The notes under the pieces were generated by a model, which made no database searches, was not told the DNA's origin, and saw nothing but the letters and a program-made list of their open reading frames with translations. Of a DNA stretch of 32,269 bases, positions 13,050-22,681 are shown piece by piece (position 1 is the first letter of the stretch; every line of letters starts with the position of its first letter). Both the position numbers and the translations under genes were made by a program. Source of the DNA: Vibrio sp. (GTDB taxonomy: Bacteria; Pseudomonadota; Gammaproteobacteria; Enterobacterales; Vibrionaceae); NCBI GenBank assembly GCA_007124475.1, contig SLFB01000125.1, positions 1 to 32,269 of the forward strand, in the 5' to 3' direction.

Positions 13050-13517
13050 TTAGGCTTCACGTTCGGTGACGACTTCTCTAGAAAATACTTTTTCACAATA
13101 CTTGCACTTCAAGCGAATTTCGTTGGCTTTTTCAAAAATGCGAAAGCTGCTTTCAACCGGTTCATTGTGTGAAATACAGTTACTGTTTGGACAAGAAAAA
13201 ACATTATTGATTTGTTCAGGGAGGGTTAAGGCCAATTTCTTTACCACTTGGTAATCTTCAATTTGATTGACGGTGGCGTGAGGTGCATAAAGTGCAAGCT
13301 TGTTGGCTTGATCTTCGTTGATAAACACATTTTCTATTTTTAATAAGTCTTTATGGCCGAGAGCTGAAGAGGGGAGGTTAAGTCCAATCGTGACACGCTG
13401 GTGAGAATTGTGCATATCAAACAAGCGTAGCACTTTTACACCGACTTTGGCCGGAATATGGTCAATGACGGTGCCGTTTTTAATGGCTTCAACTTGCAAT
13501 TTGGTTTCTTTGTTCAT
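13050..13517 (-). CDS. pyrI: Aspartate carbamoyltransferase regulatory chain
   Basis: [16 protein letters not shown]; Zn ligands CPNSNC and CKYC. Confidence 0.97.
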   Translation of the reverse strand: MNKETKLQVEAIKNGTVIDHIPAKVGVKVLRLFDMHNSHQRVTIGLNLPSSALGHKDLLKIENVFINEDQANKLALYAPHATVNQIEDYQVVKKLALTLPEQINNVFSCPNSNCISHNEPVESSFRIFEKANEIRLKCKYCEKVFSREVVTEREA

Positions 13518-13529
13518 ATTGGGCTCCCA

Positions 13530-14459
13530 TTACAGTGATGAATTTAGGACTAGAGCAAGCAATGCTTCACGGGCATAAACGCCATTTTCCGCTTGTTGGA
13601 AGAAATAAGCATGAGGGGTCTTATCTACATCCGTGGTGATCTCATCCACTCGAGGCAGTGGGTGGAGTACTTTCATATTTGAACGAGCTTCTGCAAGCAT
13701 GCTGGCAGTAAGCACAAAGGCAGATTTGATGTGCGCATATTCAGACTCGTCGAAACGTTCTTTTTGCACCCGAGTCATATACAGGATGTCGAGTTCAGGG
13801 ATAACGCTTTCCATATCTTGGTGTAGGCTGTATTGTAGCCCTGCATCATCAAGTTCTTCACAAATATAGTCAGGCATGGCTAGCACTTCGGGCGCAATAA
13901 AGAAAAAGCGATTATTGTCAAATTTGGCTAAGGCTTGAGTTAATGAATGTACCGTTCGGCCATATTTTAAGTCACCAACAAAAGCAATATTCAAGTTATC
14001 TAAGCGACCTTGGGTTTCGAAAATAGAGAAAAGGTCGAGTAGGGTTTGCGTTGGATGTTGGTTGGAACCATCACCGGCATTGATGACAGGCACGCCATGG
14101 GAAAACTCCGAAGCAAGACGAGCTGCGCCCTCTTGAGGGTGGCGCATAACGAAAGCATCCACATAAGAAGCAATGACTTGTACTGAGTCGGCCAAGGTTT
14201 CTCCTTTCTTGGCCAGTGAAGTATTGCCACCATTGTCAAAGCCAATCACGCTGCCGCCAAGCCGCTGTATAGCGGTTTCAAACGATAAACGAGTTCGAGT
14301 AGAGGGTTCGAAAAAGCAACTGGCAACCACCTTGTTGGTCAGTAATCTTGGTTGCGGATCGGCTTTTAACTGACCGGCAGTACGTACAATTAGTTCTAAC
14401 TCTGCTCGTGAAAGCTCAGGAATGGAGATAATGTGCTTGTTATACAGCGAATTGGTCAT
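13530..14459 (-). CDS. pyrB: Aspartate carbamoyltransferase catalytic chain
   Basis: [25 protein letters not shown]. Start at MTNSLYNKH (14459), after GGGAAG. Confidence 0.97.
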   Translation of the reverse strand: MTNSLYNKHIISIPELSRAELELIVRTAGQLKADPQPRLLTNKVVASCFFEPSTRTRLSFETAIQRLGGSVIGFDNGGNTSLAKKGETLADSVQVIASYVDAFVMRHPQEGAARLASEFSHGVPVINAGDGSNQHPTQTLLDLFSIFETQGRLDNLNIAFVGDLKYGRTVHSLTQALAKFDNNRFFFIAPEVLAMPDYICEELDDAGLQYSLHQDMESVIPELDILYMTRVQKERFDESEYAHIKSAFVLTASMLAEARSNMKVLHPLPRVDEITTDVDKTPHAYFFQQAENGVYAREALLALVLNSSL

Positions 14460-14492
14460 AATGCTCTTCCCTTTTCTTTTTGTTTTAGCCAT

Positions 14493-14518
14493 AAAAAAGC
14501 CCCCCGATCTGGGAGGCT
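14493..14518 (-). terminator. pyrB attenuator (intrinsic terminator in the leader)
   Basis: mRNA AGCCUCCC-agauc-GGGGGGCU followed by a U-run, about 35 nt upstream of the pyrB start. Confidence 0.85.
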
Positions 14519-14612
14519 ATTTTTTATCAATATAGGGTAATAACAGATTGGCTGATAAGCATGATTGCTTACCGTTTTCATGTAGAGAAACATAGTTGTT
14601 GTTTCCGTGCAT
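14517..14612 (-). CDS. Putative pyrBI leader peptide (PyrL-like), 31 aa
   Basis: MHGNNNYVSLHENGKQSCLSANLLLPYIDKK*, preceded by GGGGTGG; the stop codon overlaps the 5' arm of the attenuator. Confidence 0.6.
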   Translation of the reverse strand: MHGNNNYVSLHENGKQSCLSANLLLPYIDKK

Positions 14613-14640
14613 AAGCCACCCCGTAGATAAATTGTTGGGC

Positions 14641-14668
14641 ATTATACGCTGAACTTTCAGCAAGGCAA
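14641..14668 (-). promoter_or_regulatory. Putative sigma70 promoter for the pyr leader/pyrBI
   Basis: TTGCCT-16 nt-TATAAT followed by a GCCC discriminator. Confidence 0.65.
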
Positions 14669-14718
14669 GCGTTTGCATTGATGAAATGTTTACGTGCTGA
14701 TCCGCACCAAATGCATAG

Positions 14719-15723
14719 TTATCCAGCGAGTGTTGCTACTATCACCGCCTTAATGGTATGCAGTCGATTTTCTGCTTGCTCAAACACAATCGAGTGTTCC
14801 GACTCAAAGACTTCTTCAGTTACTTCAAGACCTTGCATGCCATATTGTTCAGCGACTTGTTTACCAACGGTGGTTTGATCGTTATGAAAAGCGGGTAAGC
14901 AGTGCATAAATTTAACCTGTGGATTACCCGTTGCCTGAATGACCGCCATATTCACTTGATAAGGCTTCATTATTGCTACTCGTTGATCCCATGCTTGTTG
15001 TTCTTCGCCCATCGATACCCATACATCGGTATATAGAAAATCACAGTCTTTGACCCCGGCACTGATTTCTTCGGTTAAGGTTATGCTGGCACCGGTTTGC
15101 TGAGCAATGGTTTGGCAAGTGTTGACCAGTTGAGGATCTGGCCAAAAGGCTTTAGGGGCAACCAGACGAATATCCATGCCCATTTTGGCAGCGCCGACCA
15201 TTAATGAATTTCCCATGTTATTGCGCGCATCACCAAGGTAAGCGAAGCGAATTTGCTGTAATGCTTTACCATGGGCGTATTCTTGCATGGTTAAAAAGTC
15301 GGCCAGAATTTGTGTCGGATGGAATTCGTCAGTGAGGCCATTCCATACTGGAACTCCGGCATATTGTCCCAACTCTTCAACGATAGCCTGACCATAACCA
15401 CGATATTGGATGCCATCATACATTCTCCCCAAAACTCGAGCGGTGTCTTTCATCGATTCTTTATGGCCAATTTGCGAACCAGAAGGACCGATGTAAGTGA
15501 CTTGTGCACCTTGATCAAAGGCTGCCACCTCGAAAGCACAGCGAGTGCGAGTTGACGCTTTTTCAAAAATAAGTGCGATGTTTTTGCCCTGTAATTGTTT
15601 TTGCTCGGTTCCGGCGTATTTGGCGCGCTTAAGATCCGCCGCGAGAGTTAATAAAAATTGAATTTCTTTCGGGGTAAAATCGAGTAATTTGAGAAAATTA
15701 CGGTGACGTAAATTAAAAGCCAT
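14719..15723 (-). CDS. argF: Ornithine carbamoyltransferase
   Basis: [28 protein letters not shown]; upstream ARG boxes fit the biosynthetic enzyme. Confidence 0.95.
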   Translation of the reverse strand: MAFNLRHRNFLKLLDFTPKEIQFLLTLAADLKRAKYAGTEQKQLQGKNIALIFEKASTRTRCAFEVAAFDQGAQVTYIGPSGSQIGHKESMKDTARVLGRMYDGIQYRGYGQAIVEELGQYAGVPVWNGLTDEFHPTQILADFLTMQEYAHGKALQQIRFAYLGDARNNMGNSLMVGAAKMGMDIRLVAPKAFWPDPQLVNTCQTIAQQTGASITLTEEISAGVKDCDFLYTDVWVSMGEEQQAWDQRVAIMKPYQVNMAVIQATGNPQVKFMHCLPAFHNDQTTVGKQVAEQYGMQGLEVTEEVFESEHSIVFEQAENRLHTIKAVIVATLAG

Positions 15724-15759
15724 GACTTATCCTTAATCAGCATGAGGAGAAAAGTCATT

Positions 15760-15798
15760 AAAGCATAAAAATTCTATTAATGTGAATAAATATTTAAT
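15760..15798. promoter_or_regulatory. Tandem ArgR operator (two 18-bp ARG boxes, 3-bp spacer)
   Basis: AAAGCATAAAAATTCTAT-taa-TGTGAATAAATATTTAAT; 2 and 1 mismatches to WNTGMATWWWWATKCANW. Confidence 0.8.
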
Positions 15799-15804
15799 TG
15801 TGAA

Positions 15805-15831
15805 TGGTGAGCTATGCGAGATAGCTCACCA
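15805..15831 (-). terminator. Perfect 11-bp hairpin just after the PIN-PhoH stop codon
   Basis: TGGTGAGCTAT-gcgag-ATAGCTCACCA; only a weak U-tract on the minus strand. Confidence 0.55.
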
Positions 15832-15838
15832 CGAGTGG

Positions 15839-17215
15839 TTAGAGGTTTTCTTCAGCAAATTCTGCCAGTCGACTGCGCACCACGCCATTAAGATGGAGGT
15901 TGGCACTGCCTTCAAAGTTTTTGAAACGCTCCACCATATAGGTCAAGCCGGAAGTAACGGGTGTGAGGTAGTGGGAATCAATTTGTGCCAAATTACCCGA
16001 GCAGACGATTTTAGTGCCTTCCCCACAGCGAGTAATGATGGTTTTTATTTGTGATGCGGTTAAGTTTTGACATTCATCAAGCAAAACAAAAGCATTTTGG
16101 ATTGAGCGACCACGCATAAAGTTAATCGATTTGAATTGAATATTGGCTTTATCACAAATGTATTTGAGTGAGCCTTCGGTGCAATGGTCGTGCTTGTGTA
16201 GGGCTTCTAAGGTATCGGTGATAGCCGCTAACCAAGGCATCATTTTCTCTTCTTCAGTGCCGGGTAAGAAGCCAATGGATTCTCCGATATCAGGCGTATT
16301 GCGAGTCACTATAATTTTATCGAACATTTTACGTTCAATGGTCTGTTCTAACGCGGCTGCCATTGCGAGCAAAGTTTTACCGCTACCAGCGGCCCCAGTA
16401 AGGATGACTAAATCAATGTCAGGATCGAGTAGGGCATCCAATGCCATGGCTTGATAAATGTTTTTTGGCATGATGTCCCATACTTTACGATGCATAAGAC
16501 GTTCACGACCAAGATCGCGTAAAGTGAGTGACTTTTCATCTAAAGTCTCAACCCGGGCAGCAAAATCACTGTCTTCATCCACCACGTATTGGTTAATGTA
16601 GGTCGGTTCGAACGGTTGACTTTCCAATTTATGGAAAGTTTTTCCACCGAGACTATAACTATCAACGCTTTCTACCTGATCCCAGAAATTGCCTGGTCGA
16701 GTCTGAAAGCCTTTAGTTAGGTATTGCACATCATCAATTAATTGATCGGTGCGGTAATCTTCCACATATCGAACGCCAGCGCCTTTGGCGCGTAAACGCA
16801 TATTAATGTCTTTAGTAATCAGCACGACGGAGCGTGGAGCACGCTTATTTTGTAGGTGAAGCACCGCATTGAGGATTCGATTATCGCCTTCTTTATCGGT
16901 AAAGGCTTTCACAGACTCGTGCACTTCATAATCAGCTAAAATAGCAATGCTACCTTGAGTGCCTTTTGAGGTGGTTAAAGGGATCCCATCAGAGATTTGA
17001 TCTGGGGTGGCGTCATGAAAAATGGTCTCGAGTGCACGAATTGCGACTCTTGCATCACGAGCAACATCTCGCTTGCTATCTTTAATCCTATCGAGTTCTT
17101 CGAGGACTGTCATTGGGATGACAACATCGTGTTCTTGAAAGGAATAAATGGCAAGTGGTTCATGAAGTAAGATGTTGGTATCGAGAACAAACAGTTTCCG
17201 GTCAGTATCGCCCAT
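15839..17215 (-). CDS. PIN-domain/PhoH-family ATPase fusion (PhoH2/YlaK-like)
   Basis: N-terminal PIN: FVLDTNILL, VLEELD, DNRIL, LITKDINMR. C-terminal PhoH: GAAGSGKT, GFLPG, RGRS, LLDECQN, GNLAQID. SD AAGGAG. Confidence 0.92.
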   Translation of the reverse strand: MGDTDRKLFVLDTNILLHEPLAIYSFQEHDVVIPMTVLEELDRIKDSKRDVARDARVAIRALETIFHDATPDQISDGIPLTTSKGTQGSIAILADYEVHESVKAFTDKEGDNRILNAVLHLQNKRAPRSVVLITKDINMRLRAKGAGVRYVEDYRTDQLIDDVQYLTKGFQTRPGNFWDQVESVDSYSLGGKTFHKLESQPFEPTYINQYVVDEDSDFAARVETLDEKSLTLRDLGRERLMHRKVWDIMPKNIYQAMALDALLDPDIDLVILTGAAGSGKTLLAMAAALEQTIERKMFDKIIVTRNTPDIGESIGFLPGTEEEKMMPWLAAITDTLEALHKHDHCTEGSLKYICDKANIQFKSINFMRGRSIQNAFVLLDECQNLTASQIKTIITRCGEGTKIVCSGNLAQIDSHYLTPVTSGLTYMVERFKNFEGSANLHLNGVVRSRLAEFAEENL

Positions 17216-17516
17216 AAGCGTCTCCTTGCTATTAGATAGCGTGCAGTATGTTGAAGGTTTGCTTTCTGATGCCTACCGATTGATACGTGCTAAGCACATT
17301 CACGATCAGTCAATTGAGAAAGCAAACGGGTATGGATACCTGCTGTTTGGCTTTGCATATAATGTACCAAGGTGAACGTTACAGCCACTTGGCGCACTGA
17401 GCGCTCGTTAATGGCGGTATTGTTCAACTTGAGTATAGCAAGCCACTTAACTAGCATGTATGGGGAACCATGACAGTTTGATGTCAACAGCAGCATTAAT
17501 AAAAAAAGCGAGGAAT

Positions 17517-17538
17517 AGGCGTGACCTATATCACGCCT
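17517..17538. promoter_or_regulatory. Palindromic CRP-like site
   Basis: AGGCGTGA-cctata-TCACGCCT, matching GTGA-N6-TCAC, in the divergent PIN-PhoH/rapA spacer. Confidence 0.5.
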
Positions 17539-17657
17539 TCAAGTAAGATTAGCGACCTTTTTCCTGCATCATGACAGCGAGATAAATGGAGTGTTCTTGG
17601 CATTGATGCAGTCGTAGTAAAGGATAATGTTTTAGCTCAATAAATGAGGTAGTCTTG

Positions 17658-20567
17658 ATGACTTTTGCTTTAGGGCAGCGCTGGATAAGTGATACAGAAA
17701 GTGATTTAGGGTTGGGAACAGTGGTTGCACTGGATGCCCGAACGGTAACCTTAATGTTTGCCGCATCAGAAGAAAACCGAGTTTATGCTCGTAATGATGC
17801 GCCCGTGACACGAGTCGCCTTTAATGTCGGTGACAGTGTTGATAGTCAAGAAGGATGGTCACTATTTGTTGAGCAAGTGGTTGAAGATCAGGGCGTACTG
17901 ACTTATTTAGGAACTCGTGAAGATACTCAACAATCGGGTGTGGCCTTGCGCGAAATCTTCTTAAGCAACCAAATTCGTTTTAATAAACCTCAAGACAAAC
18001 TCTTTGCTGGTCAAATTGATCGCATGGATAATTTTGTGTTGCGCTACCGAGCGTTACAAAATCAATACATCCAACACAAAAGCCCGATGCGAGGTTTATG
18101 TGGTATGCGCGCTGGCTTGATTCCCCATCAATTATATATTGCCCATGAAGTCGGGCGACGTCACGCCCCACGTGTTTTACTGGCCGATGAAGTGGGGTTA
18201 GGGAAAACGATCGAAGCGGGGATGATCATTCATCAGCAAGTACTACTTGGTCGAGCTGAGCGTATTTTAATTGTCGTTCCAGAAACTTTGCAGCATCAAT
18301 GGTTAGTGGAGATGTTGCGTCGCTTTAACTTACATTTTTCCGTCTTTGATGAAGAGCGGTGTATTGAAGCGTTTGCAGAAGCGGATAATCCGTTTGAAAC
18401 TCAACAGTTTGTCTTATGTTCATTGGACTTTTTACGTAAAAGTCGCAAACGTTTTGAGCAAGCGCTGGAAGCTGATTGGGACTTATTAGTCGTCGATGAA
18501 GCACATCACCTTGAGTGGAGTGAAGAGAAGCCGAGCCGTCATTATCAAGTTGTGGAAGCGTTAGCTGAACGTACCGCTGGGGTGCTTTTATTAACCGCGA
18601 CCCCTGAGCAACTTGGCCGAGAAAGTCACTTTGCTCGTTTACGTTTGCTCGATCCTGATCGCTTTTATGATTATCAAGCCTTTATTGAAGAAGAAGCACA
18701 ATATGCTCCGGTTGCGGATGCGATTACCACTTTATTTTCCGGTAATAAACTGTCTAACGAAGCAAAAAATAAGTTAACTGAATTATTATCGGAACAAGAC
18801 ATTGAACCGTTATTGCGCATCATTGAAAGCAATGCCGAGCAGCAAGCACAGGCACAAGCTCGTCAAGAATTAATTGACAACCTGATGGATCGCCACGGTA
18901 CTGGACGAGTGTTATTTAGAAATACTCGTGCAGCGATCAAAGGTTTCCCGGTAAGAAATGTTCATCTACTACCGATGGAAATACCGACTCAGTACAGCAC
19001 TTCAATGCGTGTAGCAGGCATGATTGGTGGCAAACTCTCTGCAGAAGCTCGTGCGTTAAAAATGCTCTATCCAGAAGAAATTTTCCAAGAGTTCGAAGGC
19101 GATGATGCCAGCTGGTGGCAATTTGACTCACGAGTGAACTGGCTAATTGAAAAAGTAAAAGCTAAACGTAGCGACAAAATTTTAGTCATCGCTTCACGTT
19201 CCAGTACGGCTTTGCAACTTGAACAAGCGCTACGTGAAAGAGAAGGTATTCGCGCTGCTGTTTTTCACGAAGGCATGTCAATTTTAGAGCGTGATAAGGC
19301 CGCCGCTTATTTTGCACAAGAAGAAGGTGGCGCTCAGGTCTTAATCTGTAGTGAAATTGGTTCTGAAGGTCGTAACTTCCAGTTTGCGAATCAATTGGTG
19401 ATGTTTGATTTACCGTTCAATCCCGATTTACTTGAGCAGCGGATTGGTCGTTTAGACCGAATTGGCCAACAGAATGATATTGATATTTACGTGCCTTATT
19501 TACAAGGTACGGCGCAAGAGATCTTAGCCCGTTGGTATGATCAAGGTTTAAATGCTTTTGCTGAAACGTGTCCAACCGGTAGAACCGTTTACGACAAGTT
19601 CGCTGATGATTTGATTGCGATGTTAGCTAGTGCAGACAGTCGCGAACTGGATGAGTTAATCACGGCTTCTGCTAAGCTTAACAAAAGCTTGAAAAGCGAT
19701 TTAGAGCAGGGCCGTGATCGATTATTAGAAATGCATTCACACGGTGGAGATAAGGCGTTGCAGATCGCCCAATCTATCGCTGAAACAGATGGTGATACTA
19801 ATTTAGTGAGTTTTGCTTTAAGCCTGTTTGATACCATAGGCCTCAATCAGGACGATAAAGGGGAAAACGCGATAGTGGTAACGCCATCTGAGCATATGAT
19901 GGTGCCGAGCTACCCTGGTTTACCTTATGAAGGGGCAACCATCACCTTTGATCGACCGACGGCTTTAGCGCGCGAGGATATGCACTTTATCAGTTGGGAG
20001 CACCCTATGATCCAAGGGGGCATTGATTTGCTGATGAGCGAAGGTGTCGGTACTTGTGCGGTATCGTTATTGAAAAATAAGGCGTTACCGGTGGGGACTT
20101 TACTATTGGAGTTGGTGTATGCCGTTGATGCACAAGCACCAAAACGCAGTGGTATCGGGCGATTCTTGCCGCGTACACCGATTCGTTTAATGATGGATGC
20201 GCGTGGTAATGATCTCTCATCACAAGTTGAGTTTGAGAGTTTCAATCGTCAGTTAAGTCCGGTTAACCGTCATTTGGCTAGCAAATTGGTGAGTTCAGTA
20301 CAAAAAGATATTCATCATTTAATTGCTCTGGCGGATCAGCGAGTGGTGGAAAACGTGGAAATGATTCGCGCACAAGCCCAGCAAGAAATGCAATCTAGCT
20401 TGAATGCTGAGTTGGAGCGCTTACAGGCATTGAAAGCGGTTAATCCCAATATTCGTGATGAAGAAATTGCAGCGATTGAGCATCAAATCAACCAGCTCAA
20501 TGCTTATATTGCTCAAGCGCAATTCCAGTTAGATTCACTACGTTTGATTGTGGTGAGCCATAACTGA
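17658..20567 (+). CDS. rapA: RNA polymerase-associated SNF2-family ATPase RapA (HepA)
   Basis: [45 protein letters not shown]; GAGGT SD before ATG 17658. Confidence 0.97.
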   Translation: MTFALGQRWISDTESDLGLGTVVALDARTVTLMFAASEENRVYARNDAPVTRVAFNVGDSVDSQEGWSLFVEQVVEDQGVLTYLGTREDTQQSGVALREIFLSNQIRFNKPQDKLFAGQIDRMDNFVLRYRALQNQYIQHKSPMRGLCGMRAGLIPHQLYIAHEVGRRHAPRVLLADEVGLGKTIEAGMIIHQQVLLGRAERILIVVPETLQHQWLVEMLRRFNLHFSVFDEERCIEAFAEADNPFETQQFVLCSLDFLRKSRKRFEQALEADWDLLVVDEAHHLEWSEEKPSRHYQVVEALAERTAGVLLLTATPEQLGRESHFARLRLLDPDRFYDYQAFIEEEAQYAPVADAITTLFSGNKLSNEAKNKLTELLSEQDIEPLLRIIESNAEQQAQAQARQELIDNLMDRHGTGRVLFRNTRAAIKGFPVRNVHLLPMEIPTQYSTSMRVAGMIGGKLSAEARALKMLYPEEIFQEFEGDDASWWQFDSRVNWLIEKVKAKRSDKILVIASRSSTALQLEQALREREGIRAAVFHEGMSILERDKAAAYFAQEEGGAQVLICSEIGSEGRNFQFANQLVMFDLPFNPDLLEQRIGRLDRIGQQNDIDIYVPYLQGTAQEILARWYDQGLNAFAETCPTGRTVYDKFADDLIAMLASADSRELDELITASAKLNKSLKSDLEQGRDRLLEMHSHGGDKALQIAQSIAETDGDTNLVSFALSLFDTIGLNQDDKGENAIVVTPSEHMMVPSYPGLPYEGATITFDRPTALAREDMHFISWEHPMIQGGIDLLMSEGVGTCAVSLLKNKALPVGTLLLELVYAVDAQAPKRSGIGRFLPRTPIRLMMDARGNDLSSQVEFESFNRQLSPVNRHLASKLVSSVQKDIHHLIALADQRVVENVEMIRAQAQQEMQSSLNAELERLQALKAVNPNIRDEEIAAIEHQINQLNAYIAQAQFQLDSLRLIVVSHN

Positions 20568-20589
20568 TGTACTTAAAGTGAAAGCTAAC

Positions 20590-20717
20590 TATCCCCTTCC
20601 GACTTGAAGCTGCAGGGGTGTTGGCTACGTTCGTTCGCCCCAATCACATAGTCTATCTATGCTCATGGGGACTTACTCACTTGCCGCCTCCCTGCAACGC
20701 CAAGTTGTTTGGTTATA
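20590..20717. repeat. Full-length ERIC element (128 bp)
   Basis: TAT...ACTTGAAGCTGCAG...CCCCAATCACATAGTCTATCTATGCTCATGGGGA...CTGCAACGCCAAGTTGTTTGGTTATA; imperfect palindrome with TA ends that matches the ERIC consensus as I recall it. Confidence 0.9.
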
Positions 20718-20809
20718 AAGCAATCCAATAATATCGCCTTGTTTAGGTATATTTGCATATATTTAGGTATATAATGCAGCGTTTTTTTCTGATGAGACGT
20801 GATTGAATT

Positions 20810-21568
20810 ATGGCTATGCTTGAATACCATCCGCCAACTGATCCATGGGTTGATATTATCTATGAAGATGAGCATATTTTAGCCGTCAATAAACCATCTG
20901 GTTTACTGTCCGTTCCAGGGCGTTTAGCTGAGCATCACGATAGTATGTGGAGCCGGTTGCAACAGAGCCATCCTGGTATTCAAGTGGTTCATCGCTTGGA
21001 TATGTCAACATCAGGTTTAATGCTATTTGCTAAGCATAAGTGTGCAGAAGCGGCGTTGAAAAAGCAATTCCAGTATCGATTAACGCATAAATTGTATTTC
21101 GCTCGTGTTTGGGGGCACGTGGAAGATCAAGTGGGAATGATTGATCTGCCATTGATTTGTGATTGGCCTAATCGGCCACGTCAAAAAGTGTGTTATCAAG
21201 ATGGTAAACCATCACAAACTGAGTTTCAGGTTGCGTTGCGAGAAGTACATCCTAATGGCGATAAAACAACGATTATGCGCTTATTGCCAATCACAGGTCG
21301 TTCACATCAACTGAGAGTACATATGCAGGCTTTTGGCCACCCAATCGTTGGTGATGAATTTTACGCAACTGAGGAAGCGCTTGCTTTTAGTTCACGCTTA
21401 GAATTGCACGCCGCTGAGCTAAGTTTTTATCATCCGAGTAGTGAGCGGTTACGCAATTTATTTGTTCCGTGTGACTTTTATCCTGCAGCGCAAGAGATGC
21501 TCTTTGCTTATTTTGATCCAGCGCGTAAATTACCTGACTATAAGTCACTGCCTATCCAGTCACGTTAA
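20810..21568 (+). CDS. rluA: 23S rRNA/tRNA pseudouridine synthase RluA
   Basis: NKPSGLLSVPGR, catalytic HRLD, TGRSHQLRVH; follows rapA. Confidence 0.93.
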   Translation: MAMLEYHPPTDPWVDIIYEDEHILAVNKPSGLLSVPGRLAEHHDSMWSRLQQSHPGIQVVHRLDMSTSGLMLFAKHKCAEAALKKQFQYRLTHKLYFARVWGHVEDQVGMIDLPLICDWPNRPRQKVCYQDGKPSQTEFQVALREVHPNGDKTTIMRLLPITGRSHQLRVHMQAFGHPIVGDEFYATEEALAFSSRLELHAAELSFYHPSSERLRNLFVPCDFYPAAQEMLFAYFDPARKLPDYKSLPIQSR

Positions 21569-21622
21569 AGTTTAACTCTCCCATTATTTTTATCATCAGG
21601 CGGTGCATAAGGAGTTAGTATT

Positions 21623-22585
21623 ATGTCATTGCCTGTGGTTGTGTTTGTTGATCGTGCCACGATCCCTGCTCATATTGAGTTACCAAAATTGAATTTTGCT
21701 CATCATTGGATCGAATACGATCGAACCCGTGCTGAGCAGATCGTTGAGCGCTTAGCTGATGCAGATATTGTGATTTGCAACAAAGTTATTTTAGATCGCG
21801 TAGTATTAGAGCAGTTACCTCAGTTAAAGATGATTGCGGTTGCTGCAACCGGTTTTAATAATTTGGATCTTGAGTATTGTCAGCAGAATAATATTGCGGT
21901 GGCAAATGTACGCGGTTATGCCACACGCTCAGTTCCTGAGCACGTGATAGCCATGATTTTTGCCCTACGTCGTAATTTATTGGGTTACCATCAAGATATT
22001 GCGGCTGGAGTATGGCAACAAACTAAGCAATTTTGCTTTTTTACTCATCCGATTGGTGATGTCGCCGGTAGCCGATTAGGTATTATTGGGTCTGGTGCCC
22101 TTGGACAGGCCACGGCGGCACTCGCTCAATCCATTGGTATGCAGGTGATGTTTGCTGAACGTAAAGGAGCCTCAACTTGCCGAGCCGGTTTTCAGCCTTT
22201 TGAATCAGTTTTACGCGAGAGTGATGTGATCAGCTTGCATTGTCCATTGTCAGAGGCAACTTATCATCTGATTGATCAACATGAGCTATCAATGATGAAA
22301 AGTAGCGCACTATTGATCAATACCGGTAGAGGTGGCTTGGTCAATGAGCAGGCGTTAGTGATGGCATTAAAAACACAGCAGATTGCAGGGGCAGGGGTGG
22401 ATGTCTTTACGACCGAGCCGGCGGAGGACAGTAATCCGTTGATAGCCCACAGCCACTTGCCGCAATTATTGCTCACCCCTCATGTGGCATGGGGAAGCGA
22501 TTCTGCTATCAGTCAATTAACTCAGATCTTAATCAACAATATTAATGCTTATTATGCAGGTGAGACATTAAACCGTTTGGTGTAA
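21623..22585 (+). CDS. D-isomer-specific 2-hydroxyacid dehydrogenase (glycerate dehydrogenase/HprA-like)
   Basis: GIIGSGALG, SLHCPL, INTGRGGLV, DVFTTEP, TPHVAW. Confidence 0.9.
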   Translation: MSLPVVVFVDRATIPAHIELPKLNFAHHWIEYDRTRAEQIVERLADADIVICNKVILDRVVLEQLPQLKMIAVAATGFNNLDLEYCQQNNIAVANVRGYATRSVPEHVIAMIFALRRNLLGYHQDIAAGVWQQTKQFCFFTHPIGDVAGSRLGIIGSGALGQATAALAQSIGMQVMFAERKGASTCRAGFQPFESVLRESDVISLHCPLSEATYHLIDQHELSMMKSSALLINTGRGGLVNEQALVMALKTQQIAGAGVDVFTTEPAEDSNPLIAHSHLPQLLLTPHVAWGSDSAISQLTQILINNINAYYAGETLNRLV

Positions 22586-22587
22586 TG

Positions 22588-22629
22588 AAAAAATACGCCC
22601 AACAAGCAATAAGATGTGTTGGGCGTATT
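22588..22629 (-). terminator. Terminator between the dehydrogenase gene and valS
   Basis: 13-bp inverted repeat AATACGCCCAACA/TGTTGGGCGTATT; the A-run on the left gives a U-tract for the valS transcript. Confidence 0.7.
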
Positions 22630-22681
22630 AATGTGGTTAACTTACTAGTTCAAGCAGCCGTCATCACACGATGACAACAGA

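Noticed and set aside
14719-15723. Catabolic arcB or an arginine deiminase cluster
   Set aside because: No arcA, arcC or arcD is adjacent in the window, and the ARG boxes lie close to the start, consistent with repression of a biosynthetic gene.
17658-20567. SNF2 helicase next to a PIN nuclease as a possible anti-phage system
   Set aside because: The helicase is clearly RapA in its normal position before rluA, and it is transcribed divergently from PIN-PhoH.
20663-20875. 70-aa minus-strand ORF
   Set aside because: It spans the rluA start, the putative promoter and part of the ERIC, so it is probably a chance ORF.
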